The translations under genes and the position numbers were made by a program. Below the pieces are notes generated by a model, which did not search any database, was not told where the DNA came from, and was given only the letters and a program-made list of their open reading frames with translations. Below are positions 14,101 to 27,469 of a stretch of DNA of 64,000 nt, in pieces. The DNA lies in contig OZ024743.1 in assembly GCA_964016885.1 (NCBI GenBank), forward strand, positions 168,144,001 through 168,208,000, given 5' to 3'. Numbering within the stretch: position 1 is the stretch's first letter; each line of letters starts with the position of its first letter. The DNA is from Eledone cirrhosa. Lineage: Eukaryota.

Positions 14101-15156
14101 AGTGAGAGAGAGAGAGAACGTTTGTTTTTGAGTGTGGAACGGTCAAACATTTATTTACTTCAATGATAAACAGAACTTATTACATTTCATACGAAACAAT
14201 AATTATTTCAAAGCAACAGATATATTTATTCAACAACAAAAAAAATAGCAATAAATCTTTTTTAAAACATCTATCAACGAACGTGGAAGAAAGAAGTATC
14301 AGTTCATTTACTATACACAATAATATCCTCTATGAGGTCACTAAACCTGCTAGAAACAACAGCTAACACTCCCCCATATCACACCACTCCCGACTGTCTT
14401 ATATTTAGAAAACATATCCTCTATGAGGTCACTAAACCTGCTAGAAACAGCAGCTAACTCTCCCCCATATTCAAAAGCAACAGATATATTTATTCAACAA
14501 CAAAAAAAATAGCGATAAATCTTTTTAAAAACATCTATTAACGAACGTGGAAGAAAGAAGTATCAGTTCATTTACTATACACAATAATATCCTCTATGTG
14601 GTCACTAAACCTGCTAGAAACAGCAGCTAACTCTCCCCCATATCACACCACTCCCTACTGTTTTAAATTTAGAAACATATCCTCTATGAGGTCACTAAAC
14701 CTGCTAGAAACAGCAGCTAACTCTCCCCCATATCACACCACTCCCTACTGTTTTAAATTTAGAAACATATCCTCTATGAGGTCACTAAACCTGCTAGAAA
14801 CAGCAGCTAACTCTCCTCCATATCACACCCCTCCCTACTGTCTTAAATTTAGAAAACACACATTAGAGAACCATGCAGAACAACTCCATCGCAGCTCTGT
14901 TGTTCGGCTGGCATCGTCTACGCGCGTGTTGCGCAAGTACTGTGAAACAATACATTTCAACACTTCTTGGCATAGAGATAATATCCATAGGCGAAACTAC
15001 AATTGTCACTGCTGGTGCAGCTCCTGCTTCGGCAGTCCAGGTCTACAATTCATTCACCCAGTGCCTGGCAGTCAAAAAAGTGCTGCCACAAAAAGGGTGG
15101 TGCAACCTAACTTTGGTAACTTACTGACCCCGAGCAACGCCGGGCTTTAATGCTAG
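13806..15156 (+). mobile_element. Non-autonomous Helitron
   Basis: A|TCTATAAAAG start; 3' hairpin CCCGAGCAACGCCGGG, then CTAG|T. Confidence 0.7.
14323..14856. repeat. 90-bp tandem repeat (about 5 units) within a 263-bp duplication
   Basis: ATATCCTCTATGAGGTCACTAAACCTGCTAGAAAC unit at 14323, 14414, 14587, 14677, 14767. Confidence 0.9.
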
Positions 15157-15187
15157 TTATATATATTTCAAGGGTACCAAAATGTTT

Positions 15188-15220
<33 letters not shown>

Positions 15221-15445
15221 GTATATATATTATATACGTATATATATATACGTATATATATTATATACGTATATATATTATATACGTATATATATTATAT
15301 ACGTATATATATATATATACATATGTATATATATATATATACGTATATAATATATATACGTATATATATATATATATATATACGTATATATATATATATA
15401 TATACGTATATATATATATATACGTATATATATATATATATATAC

Positions 15446-15506
<61 letters not shown>

Positions 15507-15551
15507 TATATGCATATTTATATATAAATATATAAATATATAAATATAGAT

Positions 15552-15743
15552 TTTACGGGTAAAAGCAGCCGGTAAGAGACCCAAAGGTAGACCCCGAGGA
15601 AGATGGTTGGCTAACATCCATGAGCTTGGCTTGTTTCGCCTGGGGATCCAACCGTATCAGTTAGGGTCTGTTGCTTCTGACAGGACCCGTTGGAAGAAGT
15701 GTTTGAGGACTATACCCCCTCTCAAGAATAAGTGTATGAAGAA

Positions 15744-15747
<4 letters not shown>
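15552..15747 (+). mobile_element. RTE LINE 3' fragment
   Basis: [20 protein letters not shown]...DRTRWKKCL; homologous to 62900-63086. Confidence 0.7.
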
Positions 15748-15795
<48 letters not shown>

Positions 15796-16530
15796 GTATA
15801 TATTGAGTTAAAAACTCACGATAGTCCTTTATAATTAAAATACCTCCATGAAAAAATTTTCCGAGCCTTATAATATATGTATATATCTGTTTGTTATATC
15901 TTTATTTTATATTATATATAATATATTATATATTATATATATATATATATATATAATATGTGTGTGCGCGCGCGTATATTTATACATACACATATACACA
16001 TATACATATATATATTTATATATTACTGAGAGAAGGGCTAGAGTTTCAGCGTAATACATTTTAATCGTGTCCACTCTGTTTAGATAACTTTATTATGTTA
16101 GTAGTTAAAGTGTTTAGATAGACGAAGGGTGGAGTTAGTTGAAATGTGTAAATGCATAAAGTGAGTAATTGAATAGATTTCATAATATCTATACATGTGT
16201 GTGTATGTAGTAAGTTATATATATATATATATGTTTGTGTGTGTGTATGTATGTATGTGCATGTATGGTTATACGTATACCTGTATGTATATATATTTAT
16301 AGATTTGTGTGTTTGTATCTATGTATAAACGTGTTTGTGTGTTTCTGTGTTTGAGTGTATTTGCGTGTGAGTGTGTTTGTGTATTCAAATAATATTCTGT
16401 TCGCATTTGCCCTATTACATTTTCGAAAAAGGTCTGTTTAACTGTATCCATTATTTTATGTATGAATAATCCTAAACACACACACACCTGTATATATCAC
16501 TATATACAAACAAACATACAGACATGCACA

Positions 16531-16571
<41 letters not shown>

Positions 16572-16620
16572 TATAAGAGTAAAGGAACAAGAGTTCAGTG
16601 TTGCTCCTAACATATTTAAT

Positions 16621-16714
16621 AACATATTAAATATATTTCACTATTGATCAACTCGTGTAACGACCTATTATTGATCGAACCTGACTCTATAATCGAAAGA
16701 TCGTCAGATATGTT
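16621..16714 (-). ncRNA. Type I hammerhead ribozyme (family E, long stem II)
   Basis: AACATAT-CTGACGA-...-GAAA-TATATT-TA-ATATGTT; 7-bp stem I; stem II imperfect. Confidence 0.65.
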
Positions 16715-16866
16715 TCCTATGTGATCTCGTCTCCGATTCAATGCGTGAAGATGTTATGATGCAACACTGGCCCTGACCTCCTATGAGTCTGAAACATTTC
16801 TCTCCACTTTTTAGCCTCTTGGATTGTGTTTACCATTATTCCTTTATTATATAACTTTTATGCAAT

Positions 16867-16928
16867 AAACACCTGATGATGTCACCAGGATCCTACGGAA
16901 CTTGGTCGCTGAAATGTACATAGTGTTT
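16867..16928 (+). ncRNA. Type I hammerhead ribozyme (family D)
   Basis: AAACAC-CTGATGA-TGT-C-ACCAGG..CTTGGT-C-GCT-GAAA-TGTACA-TA-GTGTTT; host element about 16780-17135 matches 40415-41150 (minus). Confidence 0.85.
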
Positions 16929-17167
16929 GCTTTAATAAATCTTTGAAGGAATTTCACCAGTCCGGCCTCCTGTCATTTTACTTAATAATAATTAACTCCG
17001 TTCTCGCACCACCAACATTTAACATAAACGAAGTTGGATGAGTTGCATAACGTCGAGTGCTTTTCCTAATATTACATCATCGATGACTATACGGAAGGAC
17101 CAGTTCTATCCAGTGGTGAATCAACAAAGCTAAATAAATAAATAAATAAATATATATATATATATAT

Positions 17168-17729
17168 ATAAAGAAAAAGAGATGAAATCGAAAATGCAAC
17201 TGGAGTCTTATTTAAAAAAAAAATATATATATTTATTTGGTTCCTTTACCGGTTTCGCAGTTCTTCTGCTTTTCAAAAGGTGAGTTGAGATGGAGGGTCT
17301 GTGTTTTTTCTCACTTTACCGGTTTCGCAGTTCTTCTGCTTTTCAAAAGGTGAGTTGAGATGGAGGGTCTGTGGTTTTTCTCACTTTACCGGTTTCGCAG
17401 TTCTTCTGCTTTTCAAAAGCTGAGTTGAGATGGAGGGTCTGTGTTTTTTCTCACTTTACCGGTTTCGCAGTTCTTCTGCTTTTCAAAAGGTGAGTTGAGA
17501 TGGAGGGTCTGTGGTTTTTCTCACATGTGAGAAAAACCACAGACCCTCCATCTCAACTGACCTTTTGAAAAGCAGAAGAACTGCGAAACCGGTAAAGGAA
17601 CCAAATAAATATATATATTTTAAAAAAAAATAAGACGCCAGTTGCATTTTCGATTTCATCTCTTTTTCTTTATACTTTCACTCGTGTAGGACACCTCGGT
17701 TATTTTTCATTTTGTAAAAAAACCCTCAC

Positions 17730-17735
<6 letters not shown>
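17168..17735. mobile_element. Family F fold-back element: four tandem 70-bp HHR units (minus) plus one inverted HHR (17561-17598 plus)
   Basis: Unit starts at 17244, 17314, 17384, 17454; centre TCACATGTGA; CCTT-TTGAAAA-GCAG-AAGAA-CTGC-GAAA-CCGG-TA-AAGG. Confidence 0.9.
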
Positions 17736-17801
<66 letters not shown>

Positions 17802-19024
17802 ACAGTGTATCCCGGCGCTGCAGGGGTAAGAACATTGGTAATAGCACCTCCAATGAGAAATGTTTATTTGTGAGTGCCTGTTAAAAACTCACGAAAATAT
17901 ACCGACAGGAAACTTGTTTTATTTGGAGAAAATTAAGAAGTTGAAAGTACAGTTTATTTGTCTACGTGCATTGTTCATAGAAATATTCTTTTCATACTCC
18001 TCTCTTTTGGCTTTTGAAGTAAATGTGAGGGAGAAAGTCACAGGTTAAGTTGGCAGAAGGTTCCAGTGCAATAGCAGTAAGGCGTAGGCTACTTACCTCA
18101 AAAGTTCATTCGCACTCTTTACACTAAGCTACTCTTTCTCTCTATCCCTCTCGGTAGAGTCCCTTGCGAATTTCTCGCGTAGGCCTGGTGTAGATTTGCA
18201 CCCGATCCATCTACCCGATGCACATGTCCCTTTTGTACGGCTTTTGGAGGAAGGAGTGACCAGCAGTACGTTGTTCGGTATTATTACGAAAAGGTGTAGC
18301 AGAGATTCCTGCATGAACTAACAGCTCGGGAGGAAACTGCTTACTTCGAAGATTCATTAACCCTCGTTCTTGTCAACGCTCCGTTTAGTTGGTATTTGTT
18401 GGCCTACAGTAAAGGTACTCAACGGGGGGGGGGGGATATGCCCTCTCCCCTTGGGGGTTTCGTAAGTCCAGGGGGCGTTGAAACTTTGAGGGCGCTAGAA
18501 GCCCCTTTAGTTTGGTAAGTTTTATAAGTCATTTGTACGTCTCTTAGACAGTCAGTGATTTGAATGAAGAAAACAAAGAAAATAAATTAAAGAAGCTTGT
18601 CAACGAATTCCCTAGGGAGATAAAAGAAAATCAAAAGAAATCAAAGAGAATGAAAGTAAGGACTACTTCAACAGAAATGACAAGAAGAAACAATGGTGGT
18701 GAACATACACACACATACATACACACATATATACACATACATACACGCACACATATATACACACACAGGCCGGCGTTAGTGTTTGATGAAGTTGAGAACC
18801 TGGTCAGCTTTCAGCCAGAAGTGTTGTATTTAAACTCCCTAGGTAATGAAATCTGGGGACAAATATTTTCTCCTTACAAAAAAAAGAAGACATAGATCAT
18901 GTCAACATCCTTACACACTTAAATATAAATGCATGTATATATACAAATGGATAAATGCATAGCTATATACATACGTAAATGTATGTATATATGTATGTAG
19001 ATTTATATATATATCTATCTATCT

Positions 19025-19180
19025 AAGGCGGGTAAAATTCCCGAGATCCATGAACGAGTTCTCTCCAGCGGTCTCTGTCCCTCATTATCGCTGCCATATC
19101 CTGCATCTCCAACAGACCAGTGTCTGTCCTTAGGGCATCAACATATGTTAACCTTGGTCTTCCTCTTCTAGTGTGTCCAT
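19025..19180 (-). mobile_element. RTE-like LINE 3' end
   Basis: [47 protein letters not shown]; further copies at 2405, 38912, 53257. Confidence 0.8.
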
Positions 19181-19317
19181 TTACGTATATATATATATAT
19201 ACGTATATACGTATATACGTATATACGTATATATATACGTATATACGTATATATATATATAAATATATGTATGTATGTATATTTATATATATATATATAT
19301 ATATAAATATATGTATG

Positions 19318-19423
<106 letters not shown>

Positions 19424-19707
19424 AATATACATATATACATATATATATATATATAAATATACATACATACATATATTTATAAATATATATATATACATAT
19501 ACATATAAATCTACATACATACATACATGTATATATATAAATCTACATACATACATATATACATACATACATTTACGTATGTATATAGCTATGCATTTAT
19601 ATATTTGTATATATACACATGCATTTATATTTAAGTGTGTAAGGTTATTTATATATATATATATATATATATATGAGTGTGTGTATAATATAGACACACA
19701 CACACAT

Positions 19708-19747
<40 letters not shown>

Positions 19748-19750
<3 letters not shown>

Positions 19751-19990
19751 GTGTGACAAGAAGCTTGTTTCCCAACCACATATTTCCGGGTTCAGTCCCA
19801 CTGCCCAGGCCGACCAAAGCCCTGTGAGTGGATTTGATAGACTCAAACTAAAAGAAGCCTGTCGTATATATGTATATATATATCTGTGTGTGTCTTTGCG
19901 TTTGTGTTTGCCCTCCCACCAATGCTTGTTGGTTTGTTGACGTCCCCATAACTTACCAAGGTGATGCTCCAGCATGGGCGTAGTCCAGAG
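19748..19990 (+). mobile_element. tRNA-derived SINE, second family, internally deleted
   Basis: tRNA-like head with B box GGTTCAGTCCC followed by a repeat body. Confidence 0.55.
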
Positions 19991-20030
19991 ACAGAAAAAA
20001 AGTAAAATATATATGTGTGTGTGTGTGTGT

Positions 20031-20073
<43 letters not shown>

Positions 20074-20074
20074 A

Positions 20075-20472
20075 GAGGGGTCTCAAACTCAAGGACACAA
20101 AAGGGCTATTACGTCCTGGAGGAGAGGTACAGTGGACCAAACGTGGTGGTGGGTGAACATTTTCACCAGTTATAATCATTTCTACTATAGGAACAAGACA
20201 TGAAATTTAGGGTTTAGGGTTCAGTCGATTGCATCGATCCTAGTACATAACTGGTACTTAATTCATCGACCCCAAAAGGATGTAAGGCAAAGTTGAGATC
20301 GGCGGAATTTGAACTCAGAACGTAAAAACGTAAGAAGTACCATTTCGCCAGATGTGTAAACGATTCCACCAGCTCACCGCCTTATTTTCATCAGTTATAA
20401 TGCGATATGAAATATTGGTTCTACCACGGGCCACAGATAAGTAGTTCGAGGGCCGCATGTGTGAGTCCCCTG
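20075..20472. mobile_element. hAT-type MITE with nested SINE (about 20182-20385, minus)
   Basis: Ends AGGGGTCTCAAACT and TGTGTGAGTCCCCTG with subterminal GGGCC motifs. Confidence 0.55.
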
Positions 20473-20676
20473 TTGGAGATAAATAGATAGATATGTTTCT
20501 TTATTAGCCACAGGGGCACAAAAGAAGGGGACAAATACAAAGGGGGAAGTTTACATACAATAAAAACGTGTAAAATGTTATCACAAATGCAAGATAAATA
20601 GATAGATAGATAGATAGACGTGTACCAAACACACACGCATTTCTTACTCTCTCTGTCCCTCCCTCTTTCTCTCTTC

Positions 20677-20796
<120 letters not shown>

Positions 20797-21549
20797 AGCG
20801 TTGATATTTGGCGTTGTTGAAAAGAGCAGTGGCCTTTGACCTGGCAATAAAAAACTGTAGACAAAATTATTTCTGTACCCAAACCAAGGCACACACACAC
20901 ACAGGTTTGTGTGTGTGTATGTATATATATATGTGTGTCTGTGTGTGTGTGTGTGCGCGTCTATGTGTGTTTGTGTGTGTCTGTGTATCTATCTATGTAT
21001 ATATATATAAGGGATACAAATACTACTTTCTCACTGTCTCCAAGCTTCTCAATTCATTCGTTGCTAAGTATTTTATTTTGCTCCGAGGTATTTTATTTTG
21101 CAATGTACTATTTTCCCCCTGAGTTTGTGATTTCAAAGAAAGGTAAGAAATTCTACATATTTTATATCTTTTGTATTTTGACTTTACAGTTTGAATTGTA
21201 GAATTGTTTATCCAATCAAAATATTACAAGAGATAACAGTGAAATATAGAATTTAAAAAAAAGCTTTTTCGACTGAAATCAAGTCTGAGAACATTCACGT
21301 ATATTTTTCAAAAATATATAATTTGAAATAGTTTGCTTTTGTTTTGGACTGAAACTTTTTTTTTATCTAATTCGTACGGGTATTTTTTAAAGATCTTTTT
21401 AAAGATTTGGCCCATTACGTGCACTGCGGCATTCATATTTCTCAACTTATTATAACTAAGTCTGTACAACAAGCTTCACTTATCAAAACTGTTCTAGATT
21501 ACGTGAATGAATTGCGGAAACTATAGAGTACATCAGGGAAATTTAAGCA

Positions 21550-21860
21550 AGCGTATTTATCACAACATGATGAAGAAAATGAAGCATCGTCACCACGCTC
21601 CTTAACACCTGTGTGTCCTACTCGATGGCTAACACGACTTTCTGCAGTCAAAGCCCTTCTTGACAATTATTCAGATGTCCCTATTTCTTTACAAGAGACA
21701 ACAAATGAGTTTGGCACCAACATTGCATCCAGAGCTAATGTTATTCTTACGTGTCACTCTCCGGGCCAATGTGTTCTTGGATTGTAGTTGTAGTTCCATT
21801 ACTTCAATTCCTTGAAGTATTGAAGAAATCTTTTCAAAGTACCACCTTCAATCTAGGTAG
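21550..21860 (+). pseudogene. hAT transposase fragment
   Basis: LTPVCPTRWLTRLSAVKALLDNYSDV (TRW motif), degraded. Confidence 0.65.
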
Positions 21861-21944
21861 CATGTTGCTTCTTTGAACTGTTCGACTCTATCATTGAGTT
21901 TCTTCGAGGACACAACACAGAACTGTATAAAAATAGAACGTGAT

Positions 21945-23230
21945 GTGAGGCAAGACTGCGCCTACCTCGCCGACATCCTCGAGAAATGCAATAGCCTCAT
22001 TATGGCTTTGCAGGAGGAGAAGATCACCTTGTTTAAAGCAAGGAATGCTGTGAAAATATTCCTGGCCAAATTGAAAGACATCGAAAGGAATCTTTGTCGA
22101 CGGGAATTCTATAATTTTCTTAGTGTCGCCAATGTTCCAAACACTGTGAGCGATGACCAACTCCAAATTTATACCGCGCACCTCCGTGCACTACAAGACA
22201 ACATAAGAGAACGGTTTGTAGGCCTTTTGCAGATGGACATCCCAATGTGGATAGCAGATCCCTTCATAGTTAACGTCGACGATTTCGACGTTAAATTTCA
22301 GGAAGAATTAATTGAACTCAAGACAGATGACATTATCAAAATTAAATTTTCCAAAATAGGTGAACCCCTGTTTTGGATGCAAGAGGAAATTCAGCGTCGA
22401 TTTCCACTCCTACATGCAGAGGCTAAGAGATTTGCTTAAGGCAAAGCAAATCTCTTAGCCTCATACTTAGTCGAGAGGGGGTTTGGCGTTGTTTCCAGAC
22501 TGCATAGAAAGTCTCGCAACCGCTACAATGTGATTGCACGTGAAGATCTCCAACTACAGCTCACGAAAATCCAGCCTGACGTCAAAGAGTTAGCTAAACT
22601 CCATGAAGCTCAAGGGTCCCATTGATACGAGGTCAAAGTAAGTCGATTTTTTATTTGTAGTTGCAGTCTGACTGGACTGGAAACCATCTACTACAATTCA
22701 CTTACTCATTTGTTGTATATATTTTACCGTTTACTAACGAATATACCCTCTTACGTGGTCTCTAACGAATATACCCGCTTGCGTGGTCTCTAAGCTCACA
22801 AAGCGGAGGAGACATCAAGTTAGATATCAACATTTATTCTGTCCGTTTCATTAAAGGGAAAATTGGAAAGCTTTGAAATGATATAATTGCCACTTTCTTC
22901 CAGATAAGAGCACTCTTTGGATAGACAGAGTTGCTCTTGTATAAATGTTCAAAATAGATGGTATCGTCTGGTGGGAATATAACAAATTCAACTGGTCCTT
23001 ATTCATAAAAAAGAACAATTATGTTCCTTTTTTTGAAATTTATATACTTCCTTTCAAGGAATGTATTTATACTTTCAACTGCCTACAATGGTATCTTTGG
23101 AATATCGTTAATCAATTTTTTAGTAATCTACTGATATCAAAATCAGTAGTATATTGAAAAATGGAAAAATAGGGTAGGGGGGCGTTTCGTGATTTTTAGG
23201 GGCCGATATGGGTTGAGAACCTTTGGTCTA
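21945..23230 (+). mobile_element. Charlie/Buster-like hAT, transposase C-terminus plus 3' end
   Basis: AYLADILEKCNSL.MALQ...FQEELIELK...SYLVERGF...HEAQGSH stop at 22625; TIR-like GGTTGAGAACCTTTG near 23211. Confidence 0.8.
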
Positions 23231-23322
23231 CAGTTAGATGAATGGCGCACAAAGGATTAATGTTTCTTGGCAAGAAGTTTTTTGAATAATAAAAGACGGG
23301 TTAAAGTGACCTACAATGTATT

Positions 23323-23379
<57 letters not shown>

Positions 23380-23902
23380 AGGTATGCATATATATATGTG
23401 TGTGTGTATGTATGCATATATATGTGTGTGTGTGTGTGAATGAATGTAGCAATGACGTCCAGCCAAAATTAAATAGAAAACATGAATGGAATAGCAACAT
23501 CACAACTTACAATTAAGGACAAAATGAAAACATACACTCACACATAGAACAAACAACCAACCAGTAACATGTAAATAAACAAATTTAAACACACTCAGAC
23601 ACCCGGAAGTAACACATGCGCAAACTAAGCACACAACACACACAGAAACAAGATGGCGAAGTACAGAACAAAGGAGAGGCACAAAAACAAAGAAAAAAAT
23701 CCCCGGTCACTGAAGAGTTCACATAATGTGTGGCGAAAGAACTTTGACATATATGAACAACTGTCCGGTTGTGGAACCAGCCTACAGGAAATTTATAAAT
23801 TCTTAAATGTTTCTTATTGGCAACATGACCCCACCAAAGCATAACAATATTGGTTTCAACACACGTTTTCAGATAAAGAATCTTGCTAAACAAATTCAGA
23901 AA

Positions 23903-23988
<86 letters not shown>

Positions 23989-24115
23989 GTGTATATATAT
24001 ATATATATAAATATATATATAAATATATATATATATAAATACATATATACACATACATACACATATACACATACACACACATATATACATATACTCATAC
24101 ATATATATATATGAA

Positions 24116-24330
24116 GGCGTGTGGCTGAGTGGTTAGAGAATTGTATTCGCAATCGTAAGGTTGTGAGTTCGATTCCTGGACCAGGCGATGCGTTATGTCC
24201 TTGAGCAAGACACTTTATTTCACGTTGCTCCTTCTACCTGGAGTTGCGACCGATAGATAGTATTAGCAATTGGAAAGACCAACGGAAACATTGTTCCCTC
24301 GGTCCGATTTGGCAAAAAAGTCGATCGTTC
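24116..24330 (+). mobile_element. tRNA-derived SINE, third family
   Basis: A box TGGCTGAGTGG, B box GAGTTCGATTCC, then TGTCCTTGAGCAAGACACTT. Confidence 0.75.
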
Positions 24331-24366
24331 CTTTATATATATATATATATATATGTGTGTATTTTT

Positions 24367-24405
<39 letters not shown>

Positions 24406-24476
24406 TATACATACATATATACACATATACATATATATATATATATATACATACACACATACACACATACACACAC

Positions 24477-24507
<31 letters not shown>

Positions 24508-24631
24508 CAGATATATACATACATACACACATACACACACATATACACACATATACATATATACACATATATATATATACATATATATACATATATATAT
24601 AGATATAGATATATATACAAATATACACACT

Positions 24632-24697
<66 letters not shown>

Positions 24698-24732
24698 CAT
24701 ATACATATACAAAAAAAAAATATATATATAGG

Positions 24733-25125
24733 ATATTAATAAATGGAAACTATATTTATAAAACCATATTTATTTCATTATACATATTTCAGGGATACCA
24801 CATTAAATTATGGTATGCCTTCATCAGACAAAATACAATATATAACAGTTTTACAAATAGGTTTGACGTACCCTTTAAAATACAACCATTAATTTTGGAG
24901 GCTGTCTGGATTTGTAAAACTGTTATATATTGTATTTTGTCTGATGAAGGCATACCATAATTTAATGTGGTATCCCTGAAATATGTATAATGAAATAAAT
25001 ATGGTTTTATAAATATAGTTTCCATTTATTAATATCGTATATCTACTCCAAAAATTTGTCGAGTGCTTTATGTCGGTTATAAATATATTTACTTGTTGTA
25101 TCCCAACAACTTTAAATAGAACTTT

Positions 25126-25130
<5 letters not shown>
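24733..25130. mobile_element. Family B fold-back with two intact HHRs (24772-24834 minus, 24934-24996 plus) and 3' tail
   Basis: ATTTTGT-CTGATGA-AGG-C-ATACCATA..TGTGGTAT-C-CCT-GAAA-TATGTA-TA-ATGAAAT on both arms. Confidence 0.9.
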
Positions 25131-25157
<27 letters not shown>

Positions 25158-25265
25158 GCTCTGGTTCATCTGAATCATTGAGCACTTGCCTCACATCTCG
25201 GAGGTTGTTTTTCGTTATTTCGTGGGCCGAAATGCGAATCTCGATAATTTATGTTTATATATATG

Positions 25266-25694
<429 letters not shown>

Positions 25695-25699
25695 TTACA

Positions 25700-25757
<58 letters not shown>

Positions 25758-25813
25758 TACATACGCACACATATACATATATATCTTTGTTGGTTTTTTT
25801 CAATAAACAAATA

Positions 25814-25951
25814 TCATTATTTCTGAAGACAGCATATATATGTGTAGGTATGTATATTCCCTCTGATAGTTTGTAAAATTTTTACATAGATCTATATTAT
25901 ATAGACACCAACATACACATATATATCATAGAAACGATCGTAAAATGATGA
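25814..25951 (+). ncRNA. Type I hammerhead ribozyme (family H, long stem II)
   Basis: TCATTATTT-CTGAAGA-CAGC-ATATATATGTGTA...TACACATATATAT-CATA-GAAA-CGATCG-TA-AAATGATGA; 9-bp stem I; base of stem II mismatched. Confidence 0.7.
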
Positions 25952-26074
25952 ATTTTTTAATATAAGGAACTGTTTCTTTGTTTTTATTCATTATTTTTAT
26001 TAATTTATATATATATACATATACACACACATACATTCACACACACATACAGACACACATATATATATATATAT

Positions 26075-26115
<41 letters not shown>

Positions 26116-26124
26116 TACATACAT

Positions 26125-26157
<33 letters not shown>

Positions 26158-26232
26158 CATATACACACACATATATATATACACACACATATACAAACAT
26201 ATATACATATACATATATATACACACATATAT

Positions 26233-26277
<45 letters not shown>

Positions 26278-26335
26278 TATATACATATATATACATATAT
26301 ATATATATAAACACATACATACATACATACATACA

Positions 26336-26939
26336 TGGTGGCTGCCAACTCGTTTTCGAGTACGGCCACTACTTTATATCCATGTAGGAGAACCCCTACC
26401 GATGCGCTGAACGAGTGTGACTTTTTAGTCCAGCCAGCGACTTGAAAACTCTGGTACAAACACTACACTTGTGACAATTATTGACACAGTGCTGGGCCCA
26501 TGGTACCATGTGACGACAAGTGCAGAGAGATCTCCAGATATAAAGCAATGCCTGTGCCGTGAAGCTTTTATAGTGAGCAAAGGCACTGCACAAAGCCAGT
26601 CCCACTCTCTTAACCAAGATGATATTTACCAAAAAGAAGAACAAGTCAACATCATTGGATACCATCAGGGTTGCAGGTGTTATATCAGAGTTTTCCTTCT
26701 CTTAGAATTCTGCCTTGACAAAGGCTAAGGGGTCATCTCTCCCAGTGATTTTGGATGGCCATTGACTCTTAAGAGCTCCTTTGCCCTTCGACAGGTTTTG
26801 TTTTTAGTCCTGCAGGATGTCCAAAGTCACCCTCCTCACCAAGAAACCTTGGTGGGGTTGCCAGTTTAGTCGCCAACGACCCGACCATGAGACAGGTTGT
26901 ACTGGGATACATGTTACCAGTAGCACCAAGTGGTGACCA
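26336..26939 (-). mobile_element. Short internally deleted RTE-like element
   Basis: C-terminal C2H2 finger [22 protein letters not shown]; GC-rich structured 5' end; (TATG)n tail. Confidence 0.6.
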
Positions 26940-27469
26940 TACATACATATACACATAGATACATATATATATATATATATACACACATATATAAACATAT
27001 ACATATATATATACATATATACACTCACACATATATATATATATATATCTATATATATATATCTATATATATATATATTTACACACATATATATATACAT
27101 ATACATACATATATATATATATACACATATACACAAACACATACAAAATACCATATATACATACATATAAATATACACACATAGATAACATGTGAACGCA
27201 CATACACACAGCGATATGCATACAAACGAACGGCCACTCATACAAATACAGACAAATAAGTACTCATAGATATACGCATATACACAGGCACATAAAAACA
27301 GCTCTACAAGCATAAAATGAAGATAAGTAAGAGGTACTTACATAACCATAGTGGCCGGGTTTCAGGTTGAGGAGCGGTAGGTGTGGGGTGGGAAGGAGGT
27401 AGAGGGGGTAAAAGAGGGAAGTCGTTTTAACCATCGGGCATTAACACTGGCTTAAGGTATTTGAAAGTT

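Noticed and set aside
14596-15150. 184-aa ORF with 30-aa repeats
   Set aside because: By-product of a 90-bp tandem repeat inside a Helitron
17244-17523. CRISPR-like periodic array
   Set aside because: Units are nearly identical along their whole length with no unique spacers; eukaryotic context and no cas genes
24116-24190. tRNA gene
   Set aside because: tRNA-like SINE head running into a SINE body; no complete cloverleaf
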